Assembly (NCBI GenBank): GCA_036172245.1
Contig: JAYWIR010000009.1
Location: 2,108,001 to 2,172,000, forward strand
Source: Raillietiella orientalis
Lineage: Eukaryota
Direction: 5' to 3'
DNA: 64,000 bases
In this document: positions 12,100 to 24,559 of the stretch, in pieces
Position numbering within the stretch: the first letter of the stretch is position 1
Layout of the letters: each line of letters begins with the position of its first letter
Made by a program: the position numbers and the translations under genes
Notes under the pieces: model-generated
The model's input: the letters and a program-made list of their open reading frames with translations, nothing else
What the model was told of the DNA's origin: nothing
Database searches by the model: none

Positions 12100-15000
12100 C
12101 AAGGTAAGTAAAAGAGACGCGAACGTATTTATTGCCCCCATTCCACATTACATAACAAACGAAATTTATTATACGGTAATCGCATCGCTCAAGTACATAA
12201 AACTGGGGAACTAAATCACAGTGAAAACATCAGTATGAAGGAATTTTGAACGTTACGGAAGGCGATTATCATTTTGAAAAGCATAATGAGCTTCAGAAGT
12301 TTACTTGAGAGTTCTTTTCGTTTCTGATGGTAAATAACATGGACAAATTCGCAACGATCATTACGAGGAACACTGCGGGAAAACCGTTCCTTGATAATTT
12401 CTGCATGCTTTGTGGAGCAAAGGAATGCTTTTTATTGTCAGCCGAACGAGCTGAAAGTATGCTTAAATTCTGATGTTATCCAACTCTTTTTCCCTTTTCC
12501 TAAAAATTAAGCCATCCATCTAGAGCAGCCACGGGCAACCTCTTGCTGTCATGGGCCGCAATTCGTTCCAAACACCCTGCGATTCGCAGTTTGTGCAAGA
12601 AAAGAACTAAAAGTCGCAGCTTTTAGAAACGAAGAATGCTATCTCTGAACTTAAAATGTAGCTAGTTGTTTCGTCTTGTTTTTTTGCCCTCTAATTGAGC
12701 AAATGACTTAGCTTTTTCAAGTAGCCCGCACTAGGGATACCACAAAACAAAACAAAAGAGATTGAAAAATGAGTTTTCGGGTTCATGAAATTTTAAACAA
12801 AAGAACTACAAGGAAAAGCAAAAAGATTGGAGCCCTAAAGGAAATCTTAGTAAACAGCTGTTACTCTATTTTATCAAGTTTTCGAATTTCGTTTGGTATT
12901 CTTAGTATTTCTTCTCAAGTGGATTAAAGATATTTGTACAAAAAGTCTACCTTTCCTTATTTGTAAAATGATATACAATGAAACGATGAAAAACTAATTG
13001 AAATTTATGACAGGTAGTTATAGCTTTATTCATCCTTCCCTGTAATGCAAAAGCCAGCAAAACATGAATTAACCCCGGGGTGATGTATTTATTTTTATTA
13101 ATTCCTTTTATTATTATGCCCAATTGGAAAGGTGTTTGTTACTCTCGTGCAAGCTTGTTTATTTCAAGGCAGGATTATGGCTTGATATAAACAAGAAGAA
13201 TCATTAAGAAGGAGTTGGTAGTGAAGATTTGTATCTATGAGCCAGTTCCTATGCTGCAATGATTACATGTTGAGAAAATTGTTTTCACTACATGAAGTTC
13301 CAAACAGAAGACAGATTCTTAAGACAAGCTGCTTTATAAAAAGAAAAAAAAAGCTTTTCCATAGGAACATTGGTCATATTCCATTACATAAGGGAACAGA
13401 ATTTAATACTAAGCTAATCGTCAGCTTGTAAACCATTAACTTACTCTGGAAATCTAAGGGGAACATCCCTGATTGCACCCAGAAAGGAGTGTAAACTGTT
13501 ACTGTTTCATCTCAATTTCATTGAAAACTCCAAACCCGAATTCTTCTCCAATATTTTACTTTCCTTCCCATATTTCATAATGCACCCAAGATCCATTGAC
13601 TTTAGCGTGCTAAGTGATTGTTGGCACTTCTCGAGAATAGAGGTTTGGCTTTGAAGGCGGTGATACCACAGTGGAAAAGGTTAAGAAAATGTCAATCAAC
13701 TGTATAGGACTATGAACTTGGATATCGAGATCTGTTAAAAGAGTAATCATATCCATAAGCTTTCCTGGCACGCACAGCCAATTCTTTTTGATTTCAGAGA
13801 TACATTTACTTTTCATATCAACAAACAGCTTCGTTCCTTCTTTGATTTCTCAGAAACCCTGTGACACTTTACCTCGACTGAACCAGTTGACATAAAATAG
13901 TGAAGAGTGGGTATTATTCCCTATATTACACGTCTAATTCAGATGAGTACGGCTCAATTGACCGTGAAATGAAATGTACACATTTAGTTACCATAGACAG
14001 TACTGCATTGATGGTTAAACAAAGATCAATGTCAGCTACTTAAAGATGTTCTTGACGCATAACAAAACAGCTAAACACTAAAACCTCCATATTAAAGCTT
14101 CTCAACTTCACTGCTCTTTCCGTAACGCTACAAGACTGATATTTCCGATCTGTTGAGAGAATGGACGTGCTTTTCGAGCACGCTTTCAGGAGGGAACTCA
14201 GGAAGTCTACGAAGGAAACGGATAGAAAGGGTTTAACTCTCAAGTGTCGTGAGCTTTGGAAGTGTTACCTCCTCAGTTGCAGAGGCGTAGTGATTGTGCT
14301 TCTTGTAATATAGTGGCTCCTACATGATGTCCTGCACCAAGAGGCTGTATAGCTAGGAGCTCTCTCTTGCGTCGGTGAAGCCGTGGAAAGATATGACCCT
14401 ACAAAATCATTCTTACAAAAAACTATGGGTATGTAGCAGCTGAAGCTGCCCTATGGAGGACCTCCGATGCCCGCGGAGGTAGGAAGATATGTCGGACGGG
14501 ACTACAAGCCCTAACTCTACTTCAAGGTTCATCTTGGGTCGCGGGAGCCTTTCCTCGAACTTGACCGTAGGAGCTCAGCTGGGTTGGTGTGAAGCACAGG
14601 GACTTCGAACATTTGATGAGTTTGAGAGGGAGCGGCGTTTGGGAGCTCCCGTGCAGGGCAACCCCTCCCGCACGCTACACAAGGGAACAGAAAGGAAGTT
14701 GTGCAACACAAACAACGTTCTTACGGAACGTTGTTTGCGTTAGCATAGGAGGACAGAAGGTCTTCGCAACCATTGACGACCACTTGTTCATGGACCGCCT
14801 TGATTATGAGTCGCTCCGAGTCACTGATCGTGCCGAGCTCGAAAAGCTCATTACAGCGGACTTGCCACCGCATGCGTTCTGAGGAGGGAATGGGAACCCC
14901 TCCCCCTCCCCCTCCCACACACACAACCGGAGAAGCTCATGCGAGGCATGGGGAAGAGGATGGTGCAGGGGGTCACTTTGGGCGGTGAGGTATTTGGAAA

Positions 15001-16700
15001 TGGCGTGCTTCACTACGTGGTGCTTCCCTTGTAGCCAACTCGGGGGCAGCGAAGAGGTGCGCTCGAAGCGCCGGCTGCGCAGGAAGACCTGAAGCGGCAC
15101 GTGCAAAAGAGATATGTACGGCGGGCGGATTTGCTTCCTGGAGCGGTGTTGCTCTGTCCGAAACTTCCGTCGCAGGGAAGAGAGATGCCAGAGTTGAGGA
15201 AGGGGCGATCGCAGCTTCGAGAGCTTGGGAGGATGGTCAGCGAGGGAGCTGACCGAATCGTTCCCGTTTCCGTTTTTTTTTTTTTCTGGACTGCTGCGGC
15301 GTACCGAACTTTCGAGCGTGTCCTCGGGGGAAGCTTCGGTTCCTTGCCTGCGTTCAGGCACTTCTGTTCTCCCGCCTAAGCCACAGGGTCAGGCGATGTT
15401 CCTCCTTCGCTGAGCCTTCCAGTACGATATGCGTCGACGTCCCCTGTCTGGGGGGGCTGCTCCACCTCAGCTGTTCCAGGCGTAGAGATCAAACGGTTCC
15501 GGGACTGCTGATGGACTGCGGCGCCCTCCGTTGAGTTTGAAAACGAGCGGTGACGACGCTTCAACATCCGCAGGGCGCTCTTAGGGACTTGCTGCTGCCC
15601 TCGAAGATCTTCGCGAGTGGTGCCAGCATGATGGAGACGTGGTGCTGCGTCAACGGTGGCGGAGGGGCCGGCTCCGAATCGAGGGTTTGCCAGCAGCTTT
15701 TCCCTTCAATCGTATGCCTATGTTGTTTCCAAAGTTGCCTTGGTAATCCCAAAGCAATTTTAGGCAGTAGTAACCAAGGCCTGTGGGGGAAAAAAAGGTA
15801 CTACGAATGTTTATGCACGCTGAATAGCAACAGATTTCTCCTTGAGGAAAGAGTGCCGAAATCTCAATTAGATGATTTTAAAGAACCATCAAGGGTTTGA
15901 AATAATACTATCTAGTTTCGGCTTTCGTTTAAGCTTCGATGTCATTTCTCGTCAATGCAACATGTTAATTGTTATACTCCAGTGATTTAACTTTGTGTGT
16001 AGTCATGATTCACCCGTAGAGTCTGTTAAGTTGATTACTCAGGAAGGATTAAGAAATGCAAAGTAAAGCAAGGAAGTCATTTTGTCTGTCAGTGCGTTTT
16101 TATCTGTAGCAATTTTTTATTTGCAAGCAGACTTTCTGTATAATCCAAAAATTGAGAAAGATTCAACAACATTCAATAGTCTGATGGAGCTTTTCTTAAG
16201 CAATTTATTATTTTCTTCAAGCAAAATTTGTTTTGCTTGAAGAGCATTCGATAGCATAGAGGATTAGAACAATTGCTATTCACTTTTAACTGAGAGCTGA
16301 CTATATATGGAGTTTCGATCAGGAATTCGGGGCAGGCATAATTTTCTTAAATCTATAACACTAAGTGAATTTTAGCATCCTTACATTTTAGCTTTTTGCA
16401 TATGTATTTGTGATCCGAGGTGTCTGAAAAATACCCTGACTTTGTCACAATGTAGATGTAATGTGACTAATGAAGAGATTGCTATACATGGGGAACTTTT
16501 CTTGACAATGTTGTTGTCACTGTTTAAGATGGCTGCCCAGGCATGAGAACCCTCCATTGCACTGCACTTGTGGGTGGGTAAGCTGATTCAACATAGGATT
16601 GTAGAGTGCTGCAGAAAGTCAGGGAAACAAGAGGCACAACTGTGCTGTTTGTACCCTTGGAGAGTATGGTGACCATGTAACACAAAGATTGGCCCAAACA
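12100..16700 (+). pseudogene. Possible decayed multi-exon gene (PPR-like helical motifs) interrupted by a LINE fragment
   Basis: Donor aag|gtaagt near 12103. Protein-like blocks carry stops: YL*ASSYAAMITC (~13230-13270), LLALLENRGLALKAVIPQWKRLRKCQSTV*DYELGYRDLLKE (~13618-13743), DFLYNPKIEKDSTTFNSLMELFLS (~16130-16200). Divergent from the minus-strand pseudogene. Confidence 0.3.
14050..15740 (+). mobile_element. Degenerate LINE (Tx1/L1-like) 3' fragment
   Basis: Abrupt GC/CpG-rich island in AT-rich DNA. It has an LRGSGVWELP segment resembling the post-RT GGLG motif and a T-rich 3' UTR-like tract at ~15260-15300, like the element at 57.4-61.2 kb. Confidence 0.4.
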
Positions 16701-17112
16701 GTGGTGATAGCCATAATGAAACAAATGAGTTATCTTTATAAATCATCTCATCTTAAAATCCTCCTCATTAGTTCAGCTTTGCAGTTTACGTTTGAACCAA
16801 TCTTGAATTTTCAACTAGATAACAGTAAGATTACTTGGAGTAATGCATTTGCAAGTTATTCTGATATGTATGAAATAAAAGATTCTGTTTGCCAGACACT
16901 CCTTTAGTACGTGTAACCATTAAATACATCTCCATACATACATACATGAACACCAAAAGTCATGATTACAAATGCCCCTACCAATTCACTTGGCACATGA
17001 TGCATTCAAAGACAAGCAATATAATTTGGAAGGTTGTGTATTGCAGTTATGAATTTATACAATATAATTTTAAAAACCAAGAGGATGATGCAACTGAGGT
17101 TACAAAACCTGC

Positions 17113-18605
17113 CTAAGCACCTACTCTTTTCCGACTCTGCAAGTGCCTCCTTTCAAGTAGTAATCTGGTTCCTTTAGAAAGATCTAGCCACTGTGTTCTC
17201 AATTTTTCTTGATGGTTGAAGAAAACATCCATGCATAAGCGATACAAAGATTTAGGTTTTATCCGAATGATAAGAGCTTGATCTGGATGTTCCTATACAA
17301 CTAATGAGACTAAATTTAAATTCACTAACAAACCTTAATGGTGTGTAACTCAAAAATGTTGTTCTTTACTCCTCCTACTATTATCAACTCTCCCACATTT
17401 TCAAAATAACAAGCAGCATGCCACATTCTTGGTCCTAAAGGATTAAGTCTATCCAGTTGGCTCCATGTTAATGTATTGATATTCAGTATCCAGAAGTCCT
17501 GCATAACTTGTAACGAATCACTTAATCCACCAAATAGCATTGCATATGTTGGGGATACAAAATTGAAGGAATGCCAAGAACGTCCCTCAGGAGCAGGATA
17601 GGTTGTCAAACTGAAAAAATTATTAAAACAAGAATTACAATACAGATGCTAAACAGCATACTCAGCACTCCAAGTCATGGTTACCAAATCTAGTCTATAT
17701 AAATCATTCATTCGATGATCCAAGTAACGCCCTCCAAATAAATATAGATGATCCTTCATAACATCACCACTATGTGCTGCTCTTGGTGATGGTGGAGATC
17801 CACCGACTTGTGGCCAATCCCAACAGTTAGACACTGGATCATATGCAACTAGCTGGTTGTTCCAGCCACGTGCTCGTGTTACTGGTATAAACGTATCTCT
17901 AACAAACTGTAACTGATGAGGATACTGGACACTGGGAGATACTGGGGCTGGCCCATATCCACCAAAGAAATACACCCTTACAGAAAAACTTTATGAAGGA
18001 TTAAAAAGGCTGGACCATACTTATTGTCATACACCCATCCAATTAATTTATCACAAGGCAGTGGTTTAAGACCAGTTGGCTCCAGAAGGTCCCAACACAT
18101 GGACAAAAGATCAAGTCTATATAAACTGTTGTTACTTCCAAAATCTGTCTGTGCATCAACTGATGCTTGATATCCTGAGCAGCAAAAGCATCTTTTGGAA
18201 CTGAGGTTTACCACTAACCTCCAAACACATACAAGGAGTCACACAAAACAACAGCAGATGCCCCAGAGCAGGGAAGGGGACACTGCTTTTTGGTGGATAC
18301 TTGAAACCTAACTAAATCAGTTAATTGGCTATTATTAAAAGTACCATAGTTCTTGAAAGGTGTTGTAAATCCAGATAACAGATGGACTGGAATAACTGCT
18401 GGTTTCTTGATTCCTGGAATTTGAATGCTGCTTTTCCTAGAAACACATAATGATCACAAAAACTAAAACTCCTCACCCGATAGCCACCCCACACAATCAG
18501 ATAATGATTGTATTTTATCACAACATGTCCTGTACAATGATGAATGGTGTCATGGTCAGTAGAAGGATTTGCACTCTCAAAGGGGATTACAGCTGCAGCA
18601 TTCAT
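17113..18605 (-). CDS. KLHDC2: Kelch domain-containing protein of the KLHDC1/KLHDC2 family (CRL substrate receptor), 411 aa, 7 exons
   Basis: Exons 18605-18477, 18436-18345, 18307-18219, 18174-18021, 17976-17662, 17610-17334 and 17292-17113 splice in frame with GT-AG introns of 37-51 nt. Kelch blades LIVWGGY, LYVFGG, YFFGGYG, GWNNQL, PSPRAAH, LYLFGGR, PEGRSWHSF, PRMWHAAC. C-terminal BC-box-like PKSLYRLCMDVF. TAG stop. Confidence 0.92.
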
Positions 18606-21600
18606 GGAAGAATGTGATGCACACAGAAAAATTCAAATATGAATAACATAAATCACGAAAAATTTCATCCTCCTAACAAACTTAGAAGAAGATCCTTTTC
18701 TAAACCAACTCCTAAAATACAGTCAGTTTATCAACTTTTTTTTTGCAGGAAAAAAAAAACACTAAGTTCACCTTGCAATATACATATATCTCACAGATAT
18801 TACGCCACTTCCTGGTTAAAGGTCAATGAGCCGTGATGGCTTGGAAATCAAAGGGTGCTGTTCACATAAGGGGTGGAAATGTTTCAGTTTACTTTGCAAA
18901 ATTCAAAGTGAGAATTCTGCGACTTTTTGAGGTGCTGAACAATGTCTTTCTGGGGCTTAAAACACACTAAATAAATGGAGAGCTCTTATAGCATTACAGT
19001 GAATTTTTTCAACAATATGAAAACTACCCACAGTTCGATTTTCTAACCTACTTCATGGCTGATTTGTGTCTATTAAAAAGATGCAAACGCTAGAAGGAAT
19101 GATTTCATTAGCATTGTTACTAATTTATTTGTCCTCCTACGAAAAGAATTTTCACATTCCACGAAAAAAAAAAAAAAGTATTCCTGCATTGCAACCTTCC
19201 GATTGAGGATATATCAGAAGCTTTTGCTCCGGCGCCACGGATACCCGAGGGATGCGAACTGCCCTCCGAATGTTTGCAGAGTCAACTGGGGCGCCCACGA
19301 AAATGAAAACGGAACGATAAAGAAACACTCTTTTTTAAGTATTTGCGTTCCACTGATGTCATTCTGCTTCGTTTCGTACTGCCGTAGGTCACTAATGAAT
19401 CACTTATTACAATGAGTGAGTTGGAGAAAAGGCGCCCAGAGTGACACGGCAGCGAATGGTTTGCAAGTGGAACGTCTTGATAAGATGCCGTAAAGCAGAA
19501 GCTGCATTCGTACTTTACTGTGTACGTACGTGCGTACCTTCGCGTCGATCTCGAGAAACACGAATGCCAAGGTTACGCAACGAAGGGAACTTGGGAATCC
19601 GTTCCACGAGTTTCATCATCCCTCCTTGTCGTGTGGTGCTAGCGGAAAATGAAAAATAGATGGGGAAAAACAGGAATCCACAATGTGTGGAAATCCCCTC
19701 TGCCAACGTATCGCAATCACGCAGCCCGATGGGTGGTACAGAATAGGAAAGCAGATTACAGAAATAAAGCTAGACGGTAGCAAGCTTTTGTGTACACCTC
19801 TCGCCATCATAGGTTAAGGTGGAACAGAGTGAAGAAATGGGTTCAGCTTTCCGAAGCAATGACAGTCATTTATTCATCATCAATCATTCATAGAAATCAT
19901 GCCACGCTTGCATTTTCTATTTCCAGTTTCGAAAAAACCAGCCTACTGGTCAACAAGTGGGATATTCAATAAATGAAGAGAATCTAGACAAGAACACGAT
20001 GCTAAATGTACAAAACAAAAATCCAAAGCTGTTTTGCTTGTAAGCAATACGTTAAAATTCAAATAAAGCAACACGAAAGTTTAACGATTGTTTAGAAGTA
20101 AATTTTGAAATGCAATTATCCCTGCCTAATGCATCAACTAAATTAATCAACGTTCCTTTTTATGTGTGTGTGATGAAAATGAAAATTGCCTTGGTGAACA
20201 TTTCATTTTTAGAGAGATTTGCAATAGTTTTTAGTTAACCAATTGATAGGGTGGTAATTTAGATTTCCCAACTATACTCATGTCGAGGCAAGATATATAT
20301 CGAGATGAAGAGGGAATTTAATTAAGGAAACCAGAGAACTGCAAACAGAAATCGGTAAAAGTAATGGTCCTGAGAGAAATCCATAACTTGTGTCCAGGAC
20401 TTGAACAGAAAACTGGAAAGGAATAATTGCAACAGTGCGACTGACCACAAGAAGCCGAAGAAACAAACCTGGGATCTCACTGGAAAAAGTAATTCATCCA
20501 TCGAAGTAATCATTGAGATCTCTAGATTCTAAAAGATCTAATAACAGGCAAAAATGAAGCAGGTTTTAAAAGAAAATACACTGTGAGAAACCAATTGAAA
20601 TATGCCGAATATTTGGTCGTGTGCTAGTGCAATGCATCCGCCGTCAGTACTCCACAAGAGAATCTGTAATTAGGATTCTTCCGAAATAATACAGAAATGC
20701 AGTGCATCAAATATGTGCAGTGCAGTGACACCATGGGAAGTTTTCCTCACTGTAAAGTGTGACATCGGAAAAAAAAAAAAAAAAAATGATACTTTTGAGA
20801 TGAGGACAAGAACGGTGCCTTATTATAACTATAAACCACAAGATTGGATAACATTACTGTTAAACAATTTCACCGATCGCATTGATGAAAGCAATTCGAA
20901 TAACATCACATCCGTTCCAATAATAATGTGTTGTTTTCAAGAATTTCTTCCGCTAATGCTGGTAATAAAATGTGGTCATATTTCAGATACATATTTCAGA
21001 GTCCACAAAGCTGCAACAGATGCAACTTCAGCAAAGGTATGCAATTGTGAGTGCGATTAGGGGGAAATGTAACCTATCTATGTGGATTTGCAGCCCTTGT
21101 TTTCAAACGTTGCTGTGAAAACAAGGTTTGGGGGAGAGAGGGAGACAGAGAGAGAGGAAAAAAAAAAAAAAAAAACAGAATGAATCGGACAGAACGTTTC
21201 TCGAAATGCTTTCGCTGACTCAATTAGAAAGACACCTTATATGTTTGCAACAAGACGCAATAGCTTTGCTTACCTTGAACTCTGATTGTATTTTGTACTT
21301 TGTGTAACTGATAACAGACTTTACTTTTCGCTGTTTTGATGCCATCTTCAGTTCATTACCCTGTGAACGGACTAGTTGTGGAAACTGCTGTACGTTGCTG
21401 TACACCAATTTTCATTTTCGTGCCCAATTAGCTTATCTCAGGTCGTCTATCTTATTAGAACATGCTTTTTTGGACGCAGTTCAACGACAGCACAAAAAAA
21501 AAAACCCAGAAATTTATGTACATCACGGATTCGCATAAATGGAAAGGAACTTTGAAAATCGAAATCGCTTCTTTGTACACGATCACGCTAGATAAATAGA

Positions 21601-22749
21601 AGAGTAGTACATTCACATTGCTATTTACGATAAAATGGAAATCCACAGACCAAAGGCAGATTATGTTAGTTTATCAGCAACAGATTCGCACTTGATGCTC
21701 CAGTTGCTACGAAACAGAATCTTGCTGCAGAACGAGTGCTGATTCATCTCTGAACAGCAGCCGGATTACCTGAGCACAGATTTTCAAGTCAGTGTTTAAG
21801 AGAATCAAGATATGCTGCATTGACCAGAAGAAAGAAAAAAAAAAAGGATACGCACGATTGTGGGACTGTGAGCTGCTTGGCTTGCAGCCCGAGACCAGTT
21901 TTCATTCTGCATGGAAAAATAATGCTCATTTCAATTTGCATGCAAAGCAAATAAAGCAAGTGCACAGTCATGTCTTAAGCACTCATACTTCAGGAATGGA
22001 ACAGAGATATTGGGTGACATCACTATTGCCAAGAATCACCATGTGGATCTCATTTATGAAAAACTGTAATCTTTTGTGAACCTCGTGATCTTTCAAACAC
22101 TCGAAGTGTCGAGTGCAAGGTGAACTTGTAAACAAACCCACGGGGGGGAAAAGACAGAAATAGGCAAGATCGAGTTCAACTTTGAACAGCTGTGGTTAAA
22201 TAAACAGTGGCTTTAAAATATCCTATTGACCCAGACTACTGCAATAGAGGAAACAAGGAAAATCACTTCTGCACACTGACCCGAAGGTCCATGAGTTGCC
22301 GGAAGGTCTGCAAAACTCTGTGCAAACAGAAGCGCCTCTCAGACTGCTTAAGGGAGATTCAGTCGAGTGACTGTGGCCATTCATCTCCGCCGTCTCCTCC
22401 CAATTCATGGCCCCCACATGTGGCATAGGAGGTGTAGGGGTCATACCAATCGAAAATGGTGTGGAAGAGAGAAAATGCAGCTTCACGCGCTGCCTTCTAT
22501 ACCCCCACAATTTGTTCATCAAAGTCTGACATGACGACTAATGAACATCCCTTGATAGTTTATGTTTATTCAAACTAAGATCAGTCGACTGATACGTATA
22601 TCCCATCAGTTGCTTATGCCCGGATAAAATATCGAAACATTCTCTCTCTTCAAATGTCCTTTCTGTTGTACGAGTAAAACAAATTAGAATTACAATGTCT
22701 GTACGTTTCGTCTTCCTTTTATTTATATATATATATATATATTGGATAA

Positions 22750-23200
22750 CTCTGTTTGTGATATCATGTTTTTCTTTTTAAGAGGTGAGACATTTCTTTT
22801 TTGCTTCCAATGTTTGCCAATAGAATTCAGTTTATTGCCCAAGAAAGCCATCCTGCTTTTCCTAAAGAAATGAAGAAAAAGAAAAAAAATCCGTCCTTGA
22901 AACAGCATTGACTTCACTCTGATTGCCTTCTTCTTTTTCTGAAATTCCCTCTACTGTGAACACCAATCTGCTTGAAAAAGCGATTCGTGTTTTCTTTTAC
23001 GGAAATGAGGACGATGTCTGTGCTGCTGCTGAGTTCCAGAAACCCAGAAGTCCTTTTTGGAAACTGATGCCTCGGAAGAATAAACTGAGCTTCACAACCA
23101 TTGGGTTTTAATCAGTCAGGAGTGAGGCATCGCTGACTAACTTTGCAAATGGCTTGTTCAAATTCACTGCCCCCTTTCTTTGCCACTTTTATTATCTTTG
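22750..23200 (-). mobile_element. Degenerate non-LTR RT remnant
   Basis: Minus strand reads ..TDIVLIS.. (decayed YADD region), followed by LG and SPLKKKNM segments typical of the RT thumb of RLE-clade elements. Confidence 0.35.
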
Positions 23201-23649
23201 TTTGTAATCTGCTTTCCATCTGACAAGGCCTTTTTTTTTTTTTTTCTTTCTAAATTGAAACAATTTAACGAAGGAACTTTGAGATAGCAATCAAAGGAGC
23301 GGGGGAAGCCGAAAGCTCATTCATTTTGGTATTTGTTTCCACATCCCATCAACTTTCACTTCTCCAGATTAAAACCGAATGAAGAAGGCAAGCACTTGAG
23401 GAGGAGAGAGAGGTCGAAACGGTGCATCCTGTCGTTCCCAGTGCTATTCTTCTTCGCCACTTCCTCTATCCGAGTCGAATGCAGTTGGCTACATGTTATA
23501 TGAAAATAGGTGTTGATAATAACGTATGTAACGTCTGACCATCTTGATTTTTACACTGATCTCTCAGGCAGGAAAATTGTGGTATGCTTTCATTTATGCA
23601 AACCAGAAATGTACAGAACATTCTGTAATGTGGGAATAAAAGGATTTGG

Positions 23650-24490
23650 TTCGAAATCCCGAACGATCGAAACCTCGAAAGATCATGAAAAATAAATATG
23701 TATGCTTATTGTATGGAGATTAAACAAATGCATATATATGTCTGTTGTATATAGTACACATAGATTAACGTATATCGAAAAGATTTAAAAACACATAGAT
23801 ATGCTGATTATGTGGGTTCGTGTATGTGTTTGTATGCGGATTAATATATAAATTTATTTTGATGCACGCATTTACTGATGTTTATAACCATACATGTTAT
23901 TAATATTTATTATGTATTGTCAATAGAAATGCGTATCCATAAATGTAATAAATATATATTAAATGAATGTGTGAATTCCGAACACGTATTTGCGTGAAAC
24001 GCGCAAAATCCCGAAAACACAATTCGCCATTTTTTGCGCGTTGGAAACGATCGGAAAATCGAACATGGAATTTCCTTTCCGATTTTTTCTTTTGCTTCTT
24101 TCGTTTTTTCTTCCCACTATTTTCCAATTGTTGCCTATTATTTTATATTTTTTGCAATTCGATGTTATATATTCATCCCATATGTATGTGAATATACACA
24201 ACAGACACATAAAACTATTTTCATAATACATAACATATATTAATAATACATTACTACATATGATTAATTATTTCGGCAATCTGCGTGGTAATGAATACTG
24301 ATCAGTACGTATATTAAAATACTACTTTATTAAGAATACGGATTTTAATAAATATTAATAAGTATATATATTAAAATAAATTTGCATATTTATCTACATA
24401 TGAATGCATATACTACTATACACAATAAGCATATATATAATGAACACGCACATTTATTTTTTAAAATAATCTTTAGGATATATATAAATC

Positions 24491-24521
<31 letters not shown>

Positions 24522-24550
24522 GAAATATGTATGTGTATATATATACATAT
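23650..24550. mobile_element. Foldback-like inverted-repeat element, copy A (right terminus lost in TA microsatellite)
   Basis: Terminal motif ttcgaaatcccgaacgatcgaaacctcgaaagatcatgaaaaataaat. Arm 23838-23883 is the ungapped reverse complement of 24350-24395. CpG-containing spacer at ~23970-24100. Confidence 0.75.
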
Positions 24551-24559
24551 ACCAGCGTC

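Noticed and set aside
12518..12740. Second hAT-like end (atctagag cagccacgggcaacc)
   Set aside because: No convincing matching right TIR or TSD.
2660..16700. Stop-codon reassignment (TAA/TAG=Gln, TGA=Arg) to explain in-frame stops
   Set aside because: The intact Kelch and PKD genes have no internal stops and end in TAG and TAA, so the standard code applies.
20280..22500. Possible exon fragments (GYARLWDCE WD40-like; MASKQRKVKS exon with donor)
   Set aside because: Could not be assembled into a gene model.
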